A stretch of 64,000 nt of DNA, from positions 12,489-76,488 of IMG/VR virus record IMGVR_UViG_3300043485_000037; one strand, written 5' to 3'. Below, piece after piece: positions 1-8,947 of this stretch. Position 1 is the first letter of the stretch; every line of letters begins with the position of its first letter. The notes under the pieces are model-generated. The model saw nothing but the letters and a program-made list of their open reading frames with translations. It made no database searches and was not told the origin of the DNA. This stretch comes from a virus. Both the position numbers and the translations under genes were made by a program.

Positions 1-69
1 GCCCGGCTGGAGGGAGAGCTGGACGAGCTCAAGACGGCGTACGAGGAGGAATTTCCAAGTGAAGCATAA
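1..69 (+). CDS. 3' end of a coiled-coil protein (partial)
   Basis: Open frame from the window edge, ARLEGELDELKTAYEEEFPSEA*, with heptad character. Confidence 0.5.
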   Translation, partial: ARLEGELDELKTAYEEEFPSEA

Positions 70-307
70 AGACACAATCACGGAGAACCGCAGGCAGGCA
101 GTGATCGCCGCGGTCCCCGGAGGCAAATGGATCATCTACCGTTACGGGTTGGTGTTCCGGGTCTTCATGGATTGTCCGGAGGGTCTCGTCGAGTTCGACC
201 AGACGTGGATCGCCCGGCACCGGTCTCAGCTCCACCAAATCTGTCTGGCTGCCAGTGCCCAGATTCACAACCACGGGCTGGACGTTGACGAGTATGCTGG
301 ACGTTGA
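59..307 (+). CDS. hypothetical protein
   Basis: 82-aa ORF (GTG start) packed between neighbours, with phage-like codon use. Confidence 0.55.
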   Translation: MKHKDTITENRRQAVIAAVPGGKWIIYRYGLVFRVFMDCPEGLVEFDQTWIARHRSQLHQICLAASAQIHNHGLDVDEYAGR

Positions 308-875
308 CGAATGGATGGCCCTGGAAGCCAAAGCTGTCTCCGGACTGGAGCGGCGCATCGAGCACGCCAAACAATCCGTGGTCGAGGAGCAGGAGGAGCT
401 GGCGGCCGCGGAGCTGGACCACGCCCACAGCCTGGAGGCCCAGAAGGTCATCTCGACCGTGGCCCAGACCGTCCAGGCCCAAGCCCACAAGAGAATCTCC
501 TCGGTGGTGACCACGTGCCTCGCGGCCATCTTCGACGACCCATATGAGTTCCGGATCGCGTTCGAGCAGAAGCGGGGGAGGACGGAGGCCAAGCTGCGGT
601 TCGTGCGCAACGGCCACGAGGTGGAGCCCGTCGAGGCGTCCGGAGGAGGAGTGGTGGACGTGGCCGCCTTTGCCCTGAGGTCCGCCTGCATCGTCCTCCA
701 CCGGCCCCGGCTCCAGAAGGTGGTCTTCATGGACGAGCCGTTCAAGTTCGTCTCGCGGGAGTTCCGCCCGGCCGTGAGATCCATGCTCGAGCAGGTGAGC
801 CGGGACCTCGGGATGCAGATCATCCTGGTGACCCACGACGGAGAACTCCAAGCGGGCAAGGTGATCGACTTATGA
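294..875 (+). CDS. SbcC/Rad50/gp46-like recombination nuclease ATPase subunit, C-terminal half
   Basis: Coiled coil, then ABC signature ASGGG, Walker B VFMDEP and H-loop IILVTH; no Walker A. Confidence 0.8.
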   Translation: MLDVDEWMALEAKAVSGLERRIEHAKQSVVEEQEELAAAELDHAHSLEAQKVISTVAQTVQAQAHKRISSVVTTCLAAIFDDPYEFRIAFEQKRGRTEAKLRFVRNGHEVEPVEASGGGVVDVAAFALRSACIVLHRPRLQKVVFMDEPFKFVSREFRPAVRSMLEQVSRDLGMQIILVTHDGELQAGKVIDL

Positions 876-1042
876 GCGCCAAAAATAAGAAGCTGAAGGA
901 ATTGGTAGAGCAAGCCAAGGAAGCCATCAATGAGGTCCACGGATTCACGGACGTGTCGCAGGAGAGCACCTTGGAGGCCCTCGAAGAATTGGCTTCGGAG
1001 CTGGAGACCAAGATCATGTGCCTACGGGAGGAGCTGAAGTGA
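872..1042 (+). CDS. small helical hypothetical protein
   Basis: MSAKNKKLKELVEQ...LREELK*, ATGA overlap with upstream gene; read manually. Confidence 0.6.
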   Translation: MSAKNKKLKELVEQAKEAINEVHGFTDVSQESTLEALEELASELETKIMCLREELK

Positions 1043-1383
1043 AAGCCACCGGGAGAATTCCGTGGCGCATAGAGACCGGGGGCAAGCGGAAGATGTCCGC
1101 CGTGCTGGATGCCGACGGAGGATTGGTCTGCGGGTCTCTCATCTGCGAGCAGCCCCCGGAAATGATCCAGATCCACAAGCAAATGGTGGAGGCCGTGAAC
1201 AATCAACCCTCGGGCCTCGCCTATGATGCGTTGAGCTGGGAAATCCGGCAAGCCCCCAAGAGCTGGCTGCCCGCCTTGGTTCTGGTGGTGCTGGAAGCAG
1301 CATCCAAGCAGCATGTATTTGCCTCTCGGGAGGCCACAAACAGAGTGATCGAACGTCAGCTTGACAAATACTGGAAGGATTGA
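1039..1383 (+). CDS. hypothetical protein
   Basis: GTGA overlap start, 114 aa. Confidence 0.55.
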   Translation: MKATGRIPWRIETGGKRKMSAVLDADGGLVCGSLICEQPPEMIQIHKQMVEAVNNQPSGLAYDALSWEIRQAPKSWLPALVLVVLEAASKQHVFASREATNRVIERQLDKYWKD

Positions 1384-1384
1384 T

Positions 1385-1633
1385 ATGAAAGGAATTGTGG
1401 GAATGGTGATGTGCGACGAGCAGGGCTGCTCGACCGGATTCATGGACGACTCGGGCATCCGGACCGGCCATGCGGACGCCGTCCAAGCCGGCAACGACGC
1501 GGAGAGAAAGGCGGTGGCCGAGGGATGGAGCGCGGACACCCGCGGCAAGACGCGCCACTACTGCCCGAACCACACGCAGGAGAGGAGACTGGAGGAGGAG
1601 CGGAGGAAGGCAGCCTTCGAGAAGAAGGCATGA
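1385..1633 (+). CDS. small Cys/His zinc-binding phage protein
   Basis: CDEQGC...EGW...HYCPNH pattern. Confidence 0.6.
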   Translation: MKGIVGMVMCDEQGCSTGFMDDSGIRTGHADAVQAGNDAERKAVAEGWSADTRGKTRHYCPNHTQERRLEEERRKAAFEKKA

Positions 1634-1773
1634 AGCAGCCGCCCAACCCTCTGAACCACCCGTGGCGCCGGTCCCGGCTCTCCCGCAAGCCGGGGGAGCC
1701 CAAGTCCACCTCCAACGGGCACAACTTGATCCACATCTGGCGCAAGGAGAGGGAGCGCAAATGGAAAAGATAG
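1630..1773 (+). CDS. small basic hypothetical protein
   Basis: MKQPPNPLNHPWRR..., ATGA overlap. Confidence 0.4.
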   Translation: MKQPPNPLNHPWRRSRLSRKPGEPKSTSNGHNLIHIWRKERERKWKR

Positions 1774-1973
1774 AATGCCCATACTGCGGAACCCCGTGCG
1801 AAGCGGAATACGTGGACATAGGGGTGGGCATGCAGCAGGTGACGGCCCACGCCTGCCCCAATTGCCACGCGGTGGAGATGGGACCCCACGACGAACCGGT
1901 GGAACTCACGGAGCAAGAAAAGCGCACGGGCTGGTATGAACCGGACCCGGCCTGGGCCGTGCCTCCCAAATGA
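1761..1973 (+). CDS. zinc-ribbon protein
   Basis: CPYC...CPNC. Confidence 0.6.
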   Translation: MEKIECPYCGTPCEAEYVDIGVGMQQVTAHACPNCHAVEMGPHDEPVELTEQEKRTGWYEPDPAWAVPPK

Positions 1974-2053
1974 AGACCGTCAAGATAGACGTGCACCCGG
2001 CCCTCATCGGCCTGCTCCTCCTCTGGATCTTCCACTGGACAGGCTGCTATTGA
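1970..2053 (+). CDS. small membrane peptide
   Basis: MKTVKIDVHPALIGLLLLWIFHWTGCY*, ATGA overlap. Confidence 0.4.
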   Translation: MKTVKIDVHPALIGLLLLWIFHWTGCY

Positions 2054-2067
2054 CGGGGCTAAGTTGA

Positions 2068-2892
2068 ATGGCCATGCAAGAGATAAGCAAAATTAGCAGG
2101 GAGTTCAGGAAGAAAAACGGGACCTTCAACGTGGACCTGGCCTTTGTGATCCAGTTTTACGACGCCTACCTGAGAGAGAAGAATCTGGCCGTCGTGGCCT
2201 CCACCTTCGGAGTCACCCCTTGGAACCTCCAGAAGATCATAGAGCGGCACACCGAGCTCCAGCTGGCAATGACCATGGCGGACGAGAACCGAAGGAAAGG
2301 CATCCTTGCTAACTACATCTTGTCGAATCTTTCCCATACCGCCAGGGCCACGTGGGAGAAGATCACCAAGCTGAGCACCTACGAAGAGATAGAAGCCGTG
2401 TTCAAGAAGCACCCCGTGAAGCTGCGCCAGCAACTCTTCTGCACGGCCATTCTCTACACCGGCCACGACAACTCCAAGGCCCTGCGCATGGTGGGCATAG
2501 ACTACAATCACCTCACCAAGTGGAAGCAGGACGCCGAATTCCTGCAGATGCTGGAGGAGGTCCAGTGGCACAAGAAGCAATTCTTCCAGAAGGCCCTCAT
2601 CGGCTTGGTCGCCGAGGGACACCCCGGAGCCGTGGTGTTCGTGAACCGGACCGTCAACGCGGACATGGGCTACAGCGAGCGGCTGGATCTGAACGTCCAG
2701 GGCCAGGCCGGCAATGACGTGCGCTACGAGCTGGAGCAACTGGACCTCCCCGTGGAGGTGCTGAAGACCGTCCTGGAAGCCATCGAGCGGAAGAACAAGG
2801 AGGATGGGATCACGGACGCGGAGGAGGTCCCGGAGTTCCCGACCAGCGGCCGTCCCATGAAGCGCATTGCGCGCACTCCGACCAAGGGCTAG
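2068..2892 (+). CDS. probable terminase small subunit
   Basis: Helical/HTH-like N-terminus; FFQKALIGLV...AVVFVNRT...GYSER motif typical of TerS; upstream of TerL. Confidence 0.55.
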   Translation: MAMQEISKISREFRKKNGTFNVDLAFVIQFYDAYLREKNLAVVASTFGVTPWNLQKIIERHTELQLAMTMADENRRKGILANYILSNLSHTARATWEKITKLSTYEEIEAVFKKHPVKLRQQLFCTAILYTGHDNSKALRMVGIDYNHLTKWKQDAEFLQMLEEVQWHKKQFFQKALIGLVAEGHPGAVVFVNRTVNADMGYSERLDLNVQGQAGNDVRYELEQLDLPVEVLKTVLEAIERKNKEDGITDAEEVPEFPTSGRPMKRIARTPTKG

Positions 2893-2919
2893 CGAGCTCC
2901 CGACTATAGCCTCGGCCCG

Positions 2920-4146
2920 TTGACGGTGGGCCGGATTATGAAAGATGACGAGCGCGACAGGCTGCTCCACATCACCCTTGATTGGGAGAAGGAGTGGAAG
3001 GCAGCCGGGATGCCGGAGTATAGCCAGGAGAACATCAACCCTTGGCAGTCTCTGGTGGTCCATTTCAAGAACCAGCACGACCGGGAGGACTTCTTTGCCA
3101 AGCTGGGCTTCCCTCCCCGGACGAACACCAACCTCACCATGAAGTGGACGTGGTATCCTCCGCAGGACTACCAGAAGTGGACGGACAAGAGCCATCCACC
3201 GACCAAGGTGGGCCCCAACAAGTATCCGGTCTATGTGATCAGCAAGGGCCGGGCCGACACCATGCTCACGATCCGGCAACTCAGGCACCTGGGCATCCCT
3301 CACTTCCTGGTGGTGGAGCCCCAGGAGCGGGAGAGGTATGCGATGGCCCTCCTCGCGCACGCGAAGGTGGTGGGGCTGGAAAACTCCAAGACCACGACCT
3401 TGCTGGTCCTGCCCGAGGCCAACTACGGCAAGGGCTGCTCGATCCCGGCTCGGAACTGGGTGTGGGCACATTCCATGAAGCTGAGGATTCCCGTCACCAA
3501 GCCCTGCGAGAGGTGCGGCGGCAGCGGGTTCTCCGGACGCGGGACCGGCTACGACGACGTGTGCAACCAGTGCGGAGGAATGAAGGAGGAGCTGGTGCGG
3601 TGGAAGGTTGGAGCCGACAAGCACTGGATCCTGGACGACAACATCCAGGGCTTCTTCGAGTTCAACCGCAACGAGAAGCCAAAGATCAGGGACTACAACC
3701 CGTTCGAGATTGTGGAGCGCTTTGTGGATCGGCACAACAACGTGGGCCTGGCCGGGATGAATTACGAGTTCTTCGTCCAGAGGAGGAACGACACCCCACC
3801 CTACTATCTGAACACGCGGGTCTATTCCTGCATCCTGATCCGCAACGACCTTCCGTTCAGATGGAGGGGCACATACAACGAGGACACGGACCTCAGCCTG
3901 CGGGTCCTCAAGTCCGGGATGTCCACGGTGCTCTTCAACTACGTGCTGGCCAAGAAGGTGACCACCATGATAATGAAGGGAGGCAACGAGGCGATCTACA
4001 AGCTGAAGGGGGAGGACGGGCGGCTCAAGATGGCCCAGGCCCTGATGAAGCAACATCCGGACCTGGTCAAGATCACGCACAAGTGGGGCAGGTGGCAGCA
4101 CCAAGTCAATTATGCCCCTTTCTCTCAGAACCGATTGGACCGATAA
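2920..4146 (+). CDS. TET-associated (TAGT)/GREB1-like glycosyltransferase 1, with N-terminal GMPE domain and inserted Zn ribbon
   Basis: YPVYVISKGR, HWILDDNI, RVYSCILI, WRGTYNEDTDLSLRVLKSG motifs. Confidence 0.8.
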   Translation: MTVGRIMKDDERDRLLHITLDWEKEWKAAGMPEYSQENINPWQSLVVHFKNQHDREDFFAKLGFPPRTNTNLTMKWTWYPPQDYQKWTDKSHPPTKVGPNKYPVYVISKGRADTMLTIRQLRHLGIPHFLVVEPQERERYAMALLAHAKVVGLENSKTTTLLVLPEANYGKGCSIPARNWVWAHSMKLRIPVTKPCERCGGSGFSGRGTGYDDVCNQCGGMKEELVRWKVGADKHWILDDNIQGFFEFNRNEKPKIRDYNPFEIVERFVDRHNNVGLAGMNYEFFVQRRNDTPPYYLNTRVYSCILIRNDLPFRWRGTYNEDTDLSLRVLKSGMSTVLFNYVLAKKVTTMIMKGGNEAIYKLKGEDGRLKMAQALMKQHPDLVKITHKWGRWQHQVNYAPFSQNRLDR

Positions 4147-4161
4147 TACGGGGAACAAACT

Positions 4162-5310
4162 ATGCTCGAAGAACAAGACAAGCTTTTGCCGGACCTGAAG
4201 CCGGACATCCTTCAGGAGTGGATAGGGATGCCCGACTTCAACATGGAGAACCTCATGTCGTGGCAGTCCACCGTGGTCCACTTCAAGTGCCAGAAGGACC
4301 GGGACGAGTTTGCCGCGCTCATCGGGCAGAAGCTGACCCCCAAGACCCGCAGCATCTGGTATCCCAAGGCGGAGATAGGCCACTTCGCGGGCAAGAGCTG
4401 GGAGAGTTCCCTGCCCCACCACCAGAAGGTCCCCCGGTATCCCATCTACATCATCAGCAAGGGGCGCTGGGAGAGCCGCAAGACCTCCAAGGCGTTGGAG
4501 AAGCTTGGCATTCCCTATTACATCGTGGTGGAGCCCCAGGAATACGACAACTATGCCTACTACATAGATGCGGCCAAGATACTGCGGCTGCCCAAGGAGA
4601 ACTACGGAGGAGGCTGCTCCATCCCGGCCCGGAACTTCTGCTGGGCCCACTCCCGGAGGCTCGGGGTGGCCCGCCACTGGGTGCTGGACGACAACATCGA
4701 GGGATTCTTCCGGCTCACCGACAATCTGAAGGTGCCCGTGGGAGACGGCATGATCTTCCGGGCTGCGGAGGAGTTCACGGACCGTTACGAGAACGTGGGC
4801 ATGAGTGGGTTCAACTACTTCATGTTCGCCCCGCGGAAGTCCCCGGACATCAAACCGTTCACGCTCAACACCCGCATCTATTCGTGCATCCTGCTGAGCA
4901 ACTCGATAGAGGACCCGGAGACGGAGAAGCCCTTTGCGTGGCGGGGCCGCTACAACGAGGACACGGACCTGTCCCTTCGGATCTTGAAGTCCGGGCTCTG
5001 CACGGTCCTCTTCAACGCATTCCTGGCCTTCAAGAACACCACGATGACCATGAAGGGAGGCAACACAGAGAGCCTCTATCAGAAGCAGGCCGGGTTCGAC
5101 GGGCGCCTGGAGATGGCCAAGAGCCTCAAGGCCCAGCATCCGCAGCACGTGAAGATCACGGAGAAGTGGCACAGGTGGCAGCACCACGTCGACTACTCCG
5201 GATTCACCCAGAAGCTGCGCAGGAAGCCGAACATCAAGGTGGAGAAGATCAAGAACAACTACGAGATGCACCTGAAGATCCAGCAGGGCAAGAGTGACCC
5301 GAAGATATAG
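4162..5310 (+). CDS. TET-associated (TAGT)/GREB1-like glycosyltransferase 2
   Basis: YPIYIISKGR, HWVLDDNI, RIYSCILL, WRGRYNEDTDLSLRILKSG; paralog of upstream gene. Confidence 0.8.
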   Translation: MLEEQDKLLPDLKPDILQEWIGMPDFNMENLMSWQSTVVHFKCQKDRDEFAALIGQKLTPKTRSIWYPKAEIGHFAGKSWESSLPHHQKVPRYPIYIISKGRWESRKTSKALEKLGIPYYIVVEPQEYDNYAYYIDAAKILRLPKENYGGGCSIPARNFCWAHSRRLGVARHWVLDDNIEGFFRLTDNLKVPVGDGMIFRAAEEFTDRYENVGMSGFNYFMFAPRKSPDIKPFTLNTRIYSCILLSNSIEDPETEKPFAWRGRYNEDTDLSLRILKSGLCTVLFNAFLAFKNTTMTMKGGNTESLYQKQAGFDGRLEMAKSLKAQHPQHVKITEKWHRWQHHVDYSGFTQKLRRKPNIKVEKIKNNYEMHLKIQQGKSDPKI

Positions 5311-5312
5311 GC

Positions 5313-5546
5313 ATGAGCAAGCCCAACATCCCGGAGGCCGAGCCCGAATACGACTACGGTGTGGCTGCTCCTCCCTTCTTCATCAGGAAGCGGAAGGACA
5401 AGACGGCCCCGGAGGTCCTGGTCCAGCGGGGAGCCAACGCGCCCAAGACCAACCAGGGCGACGCCATCATCAACGCGATGGCTCAGAGGATCCAAATCCT
5501 GCGAGCCGTCCAAACTCCGTCCCCAATCCCCAACCCATCAAAGTGA
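5313..5546 (+). CDS. hypothetical protein
   Basis: 77-aa ORF in the gene run. Confidence 0.55.
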   Translation: MSKPNIPEAEPEYDYGVAAPPFFIRKRKDKTAPEVLVQRGANAPKTNQGDAIINAMAQRIQILRAVQTPSPIPNPSK

Positions 5547-6016
5547 TGTTATACGAAGCGATAAGGACCCGTGAGGGTGAGAAGATCCGAGCCTGGGCCC
5601 GTCCCTCCGTCTACAATCCCGGCATAGAGGTCGGCTTGATGAAGGAGGTCCCGGCCCACGTGGTCCCCATCGAAGGGAAGCCGGGCGAGGTCCAGAACGT
5701 CCAGACCACCTACTACGACGCCAAGCTAGAGTGGGTGAAGGTGGAGCTGGGCACTGTCCAGCTGAACAACCCGCAGGGGATGGCCAACCTCCCGTATGAA
5801 TTGGCCCAGCAGCTCATGGACGTGCTTTGGGATGCGGGAGTCCGCCCGGCCGCGGCCAAGGCTTCCGTCGGCCAGCTCCAGGCCACCGAGAACCATCTGA
5901 AGGACCTCCAGACGATCAACGGGAAGCTGCTCGACAAGGTGCTCGAGAACCCGGCCTGGATCGCGATCGAGAAGATGACCGACTTCCGAACGAGCAAGGA
6001 CCCTCTCTCGCCGTGA
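5546..6016 (+). CDS. hypothetical protein
   Basis: MLYEAIRTREG..., overlaps upstream stop. Confidence 0.6.
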   Translation: MLYEAIRTREGEKIRAWARPSVYNPGIEVGLMKEVPAHVVPIEGKPGEVQNVQTTYYDAKLEWVKVELGTVQLNNPQGMANLPYELAQQLMDVLWDAGVRPAAAKASVGQLQATENHLKDLQTINGKLLDKVLENPAWIAIEKMTDFRTSKDPLSP

Positions 6017-6255
6017 CCGACCTGGATCGCATCCACAAGCTCAGGGTTGCCCTTCGCATGGCCGCGAACACATTCAAGCGTTACGAGCAGATCCACCTGA
6101 ACAAGGGGACCCCGGATGGGAAAACGAAGGCGCGAGAGAACAGCGAGCAAGCCGCCTATTTGGAGAAGGTCCTCAAGGAGACGGAAACCTTGCCCGCCGG
6201 GGGAGGAGCCACGGGCGGTGTTGTCCACCTGCCTCTCAGAAGGGTGGGAGAATGA
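6013..6255 (+). CDS. hypothetical protein
   Basis: GTGA overlap; YEQIHLNKGTPDG motif. Confidence 0.55.
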   Translation: MTDLDRIHKLRVALRMAANTFKRYEQIHLNKGTPDGKTKARENSEQAAYLEKVLKETETLPAGGGATGGVVHLPLRRVGE

Positions 6256-6296
6256 GCGAGAAGGAACTCATTAAGGTGGCCAAGTGATCCTCCGAG

Positions 6297-6503
6297 ATGA
6301 AAATAGCGATGGCCAAGCAGGGCCTTGCGATGCAGACAACCGGAAACACGGAGCAGGATGACGCTCATATCCACGATGCCGCAAGATCCACGTGCATGAT
6401 CGCTGCTGGGTTCTGCCCTAACGGGTGCGGAGAACTCCACGAGGTCGGCCAGCATCAGGTTTGCATCAAGTGCGGGTTTTCCTATCACCAAACAAGCATA
6501 TGA
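6297..6503 (+). CDS. small zinc-ribbon protein
   Basis: CPNGC...CIKCG. Confidence 0.5.
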   Translation: MKIAMAKQGLAMQTTGNTEQDDAHIHDAARSTCMIAAGFCPNGCGELHEVGQHQVCIKCGFSYHQTSI

Positions 6504-6676
6504 GCAGAACCTCCGGAGGACAATTCAAGTGCCCGGTCTGCGGGGAGACCGTGGGCACATACGGACGCTACCAGCACTACAACCGCCACGTGAAGGAAGG
6601 GAAGATGACCAAGGAGGCCAAGGCGGCTCGCTACGAGTTTTACATCAGCGGTCCCAACTACAGGAAGGCAGAATGA
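6500..6676 (+). CDS. C2H2-type zinc finger protein
   Basis: FKCPVCGETVGTYGRYQHYNRH. Confidence 0.6.
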   Translation: MSRTSGGQFKCPVCGETVGTYGRYQHYNRHVKEGKMTKEAKAARYEFYISGPNYRKAE

Positions 6677-6903
6677 AGGGCACACTCATCACCATAGACG
6701 ATCCGTGGAACCCCGGCAATCCTCTCCGGAGGGATCACCCCGGCCACGCGCTGGCCAACCAACTGTTCCACAACCCGTGGGACGACATTGATTTTATGGG
6801 TGCCGGACTAGGGATGGGAGTCACGATCGACGTGAAGCCTCGGGACATGGGCAGCCTGCTGGCTTGGCTGAAAGGTGTGGACGTGCCGCCGAAGATAGAC
6901 TAA
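6673..6903 (+). CDS. hypothetical protein
   Basis: MKGTLITIDDPWNP..., ATGA overlap. Confidence 0.5.
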   Translation: MKGTLITIDDPWNPGNPLRRDHPGHALANQLFHNPWDDIDFMGAGLGMGVTIDVKPRDMGSLLAWLKGVDVPPKID

Positions 6904-6908
6904 ACAGT

Positions 6909-7057
6909 ATGCTGATGACCAACACGGAAGCTGAGGAGTTGTGGAAGCGGTGGCCTGACCGAGACACGGAGGAGGGCCGGGAACGCTTCTTCAAAGAGAC
7001 CTCCTGGATGCCAACAAAGAATGGTTACCTGATACTGGTATTGAAAGGACCCGATGA
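6909..7057 (+). CDS. small hypothetical protein (needs one extra C at 7050-7052 to stop at the ATGA overlap)
   Basis: MLMTNTEAEELWKRWPDRD...; as given it reads 214 nt into the next gene. Confidence 0.35.
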
Positions 7058-7362
7058 GCAGAGAGATAAGATCCACCAACAACGGAGCGAAGAGCGCAGG
7101 CAAGAAACGTCCGGCCCCGGCCAGGATCGTCAAGGAAGTGCCCCAGGAACTGCCCCCGGAGACGGCCATCGTCCAGAAGGTCGACATGCCCATGGCCCTG
7201 AGGATCAAACTCGGATCCCTGGTGGTCCACTGCGAGGAACTCCTCTCGCCGTCCGCCCACGAGTTTGACAAGCACGCGATCAACACCCTTCTCCAGGACC
7301 CGGACGTGCGGGCCTTCATGGAGGAGACCTCCAAGATGGGCATCCTGCCCGTGAAGCGGTGA
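7054..7362 (+). CDS. hypothetical protein
   Basis: 102 aa, GC3-rich codons. Confidence 0.6.
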   Translation: MSREIRSTNNGAKSAGKKRPAPARIVKEVPQELPPETAIVQKVDMPMALRIKLGSLVVHCEELLSPSAHEFDKHAINTLLQDPDVRAFMEETSKMGILPVKR

Positions 7363-7436
7363 TGTGGATCGCGGTCTTTAGCCTTGCCTTGGTGGGCCTC
7401 ACGCTCATCAAGGCCGTCCGGGAGCGGGAGAAGTAA
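7362..7436 (+). CDS. small membrane peptide
   Basis: MWIAVFSLALVGLTLIKAVREREK*, one TM helix, abuts terL. Confidence 0.4.
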   Translation: MWIAVFSLALVGLTLIKAVREREK

Positions 7437-8944
7437 TGTTCAGCATCAGCGCGCGGGGAGCCAGGGCCGCGGTGGCCCGGTCCTCCTTCTACGAATTCCT
7501 CAAGCTCGTCTGGCCGATCATCGTGGCCGACAACCTGGTCAAGAATTGGCACATCGTATACCTCTGCGACCAGCTCCAGAAGATGGCCGAGCTGGTCTTC
7601 GCGGGCAAGCCGAAGGAATACGACATCGTGGTCAACATCTCTCCCGGCTCCTCCAAGAGCACAATTTGCTCCCAAGCCTTCCAGGCGTGGTGCTGGACCC
7701 GCATGCCTTCCTTCCGGTCCGTGAACGCATCCTACGCCTACGACGTGGCCCTCAAGGATTCGCTGGCCTGCCGCGACATCGTCCAGTCGGAGTTCTACCA
7801 GGACCACTTCCCCAACATCCAGCTGCGCGAGGACCAGAACGCCAAGGGCCTCTTCGTGAACACCAAGCGGGGAGCCCGGCTCAGCGCCTCCGTCGGATCC
7901 CGTCTCATGGGCTATCACGGGCACATGCTGTTCGTGGACGACCCGATCGACCCGGAGAAGGCCGTCAGCGAGGCCGAGCTCAAAAAGACCAACCGCTGGA
8001 TGACCACCACCCTTCCCTCCCGCGGCATCTTCCGGGCCGACACGCCCCTCTTCCTGATCCAGCAGCGACTCGCGCAGAATGATCCGTCCGGCGAGAGGAT
8101 AGAACGGGGCGGCCGCGTGAAGCACATCTGCATCCCGGCCGAACTCCTCTTCGACAAGGAGGGCAAGCTGACGGTCCTCGTTCAGCCACCCGGCCTCGCG
8201 AAGTATTACAAGCCGGACCGGAACGGCCACAGGTTGATGGATCCAGTGCGGCTCAACAAGCAGAATCTCACGGAGTTCGAAAAGACCTTGGGCGCCTACG
8301 GATACGCCGGCCAATACCTTCAGGACCCCGTGCCCCTGGGAGGAGCCCTGTTCGACATCACCAAGCTGCAGCTGATGGAGGTCTGCCCGCCCATGGTGCG
8401 TTTGGTCCGGGCCTGGGACAAGGCGGCCACCAAGGATGCGGGCGCCTACTCGGCCGGGGTCCTCCTCGGCATCGACAAGTTCGGGGACTACTGGATCATC
8501 GATGTGGTGCGCGGGCAGTGGACTCCCTCGGACCGGGAAAGGATGATCAAGCAGACGGCCCAGCTGGACGCGAAGGGTGCCCACACATACATTGGGGGAC
8601 AGAGGCCGGACCGGGTCAGCGTGGAGATTCTGGTGGAAACCGAAGGCGGCTCCGGAGGCAAGGAGAGCACCGAGAACACCGTCCGCAACCTCTCCGGATT
8701 CCGCATCATGGGCAAGCGGGTGACCGGGGAGAAGGAGGAGCGCGCCTACGCCTTTGCCTCCCAGGTGGGCGTCCAGGACCACGTGAAGGTGCTGAACCGG
8801 CCGTGGACCAAGGAATACATCTCGGAACTCCGCTACTTTCCCCACAGTCGGTATAAAGACCAGGTGGACGCAAGTTCACTTGCGTTCAACAGGATAGCGA
8901 AACCGAAAAGAATCATCGGTGCGGGGGCTCTCGAACGAAGATAG
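7436..8944 (+). CDS. terL: terminase large subunit
   Basis: Walker A variant NISPGSSKS, Walker B LFVDDPID, nuclease RAWDKAAT and KDQVDA. Confidence 0.92.
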   Translation: MFSISARGARAAVARSSFYEFLKLVWPIIVADNLVKNWHIVYLCDQLQKMAELVFAGKPKEYDIVVNISPGSSKSTICSQAFQAWCWTRMPSFRSVNASYAYDVALKDSLACRDIVQSEFYQDHFPNIQLREDQNAKGLFVNTKRGARLSASVGSRLMGYHGHMLFVDDPIDPEKAVSEAELKKTNRWMTTTLPSRGIFRADTPLFLIQQRLAQNDPSGERIERGGRVKHICIPAELLFDKEGKLTVLVQPPGLAKYYKPDRNGHRLMDPVRLNKQNLTEFEKTLGAYGYAGQYLQDPVPLGGALFDITKLQLMEVCPPMVRLVRAWDKAATKDAGAYSAGVLLGIDKFGDYWIIDVVRGQWTPSDRERMIKQTAQLDAKGAHTYIGGQRPDRVSVEILVETEGGSGGKESTENTVRNLSGFRIMGKRVTGEKEERAYAFASQVGVQDHVKVLNRPWTKEYISELRYFPHSRYKDQVDASSLAFNRIAKPKRIIGAGALERR

Positions 8945-8947
8945 TCT

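Noticed and set aside
2059-5271. Very long antisense ORFs (also 7316-8845, 13705-15375, 31741-34410, 37411-39408, 59445-61190)
   Set aside because: Shadow frames of GC3-biased genes on the opposite strand; no motifs, and they fully overlap well-supported genes
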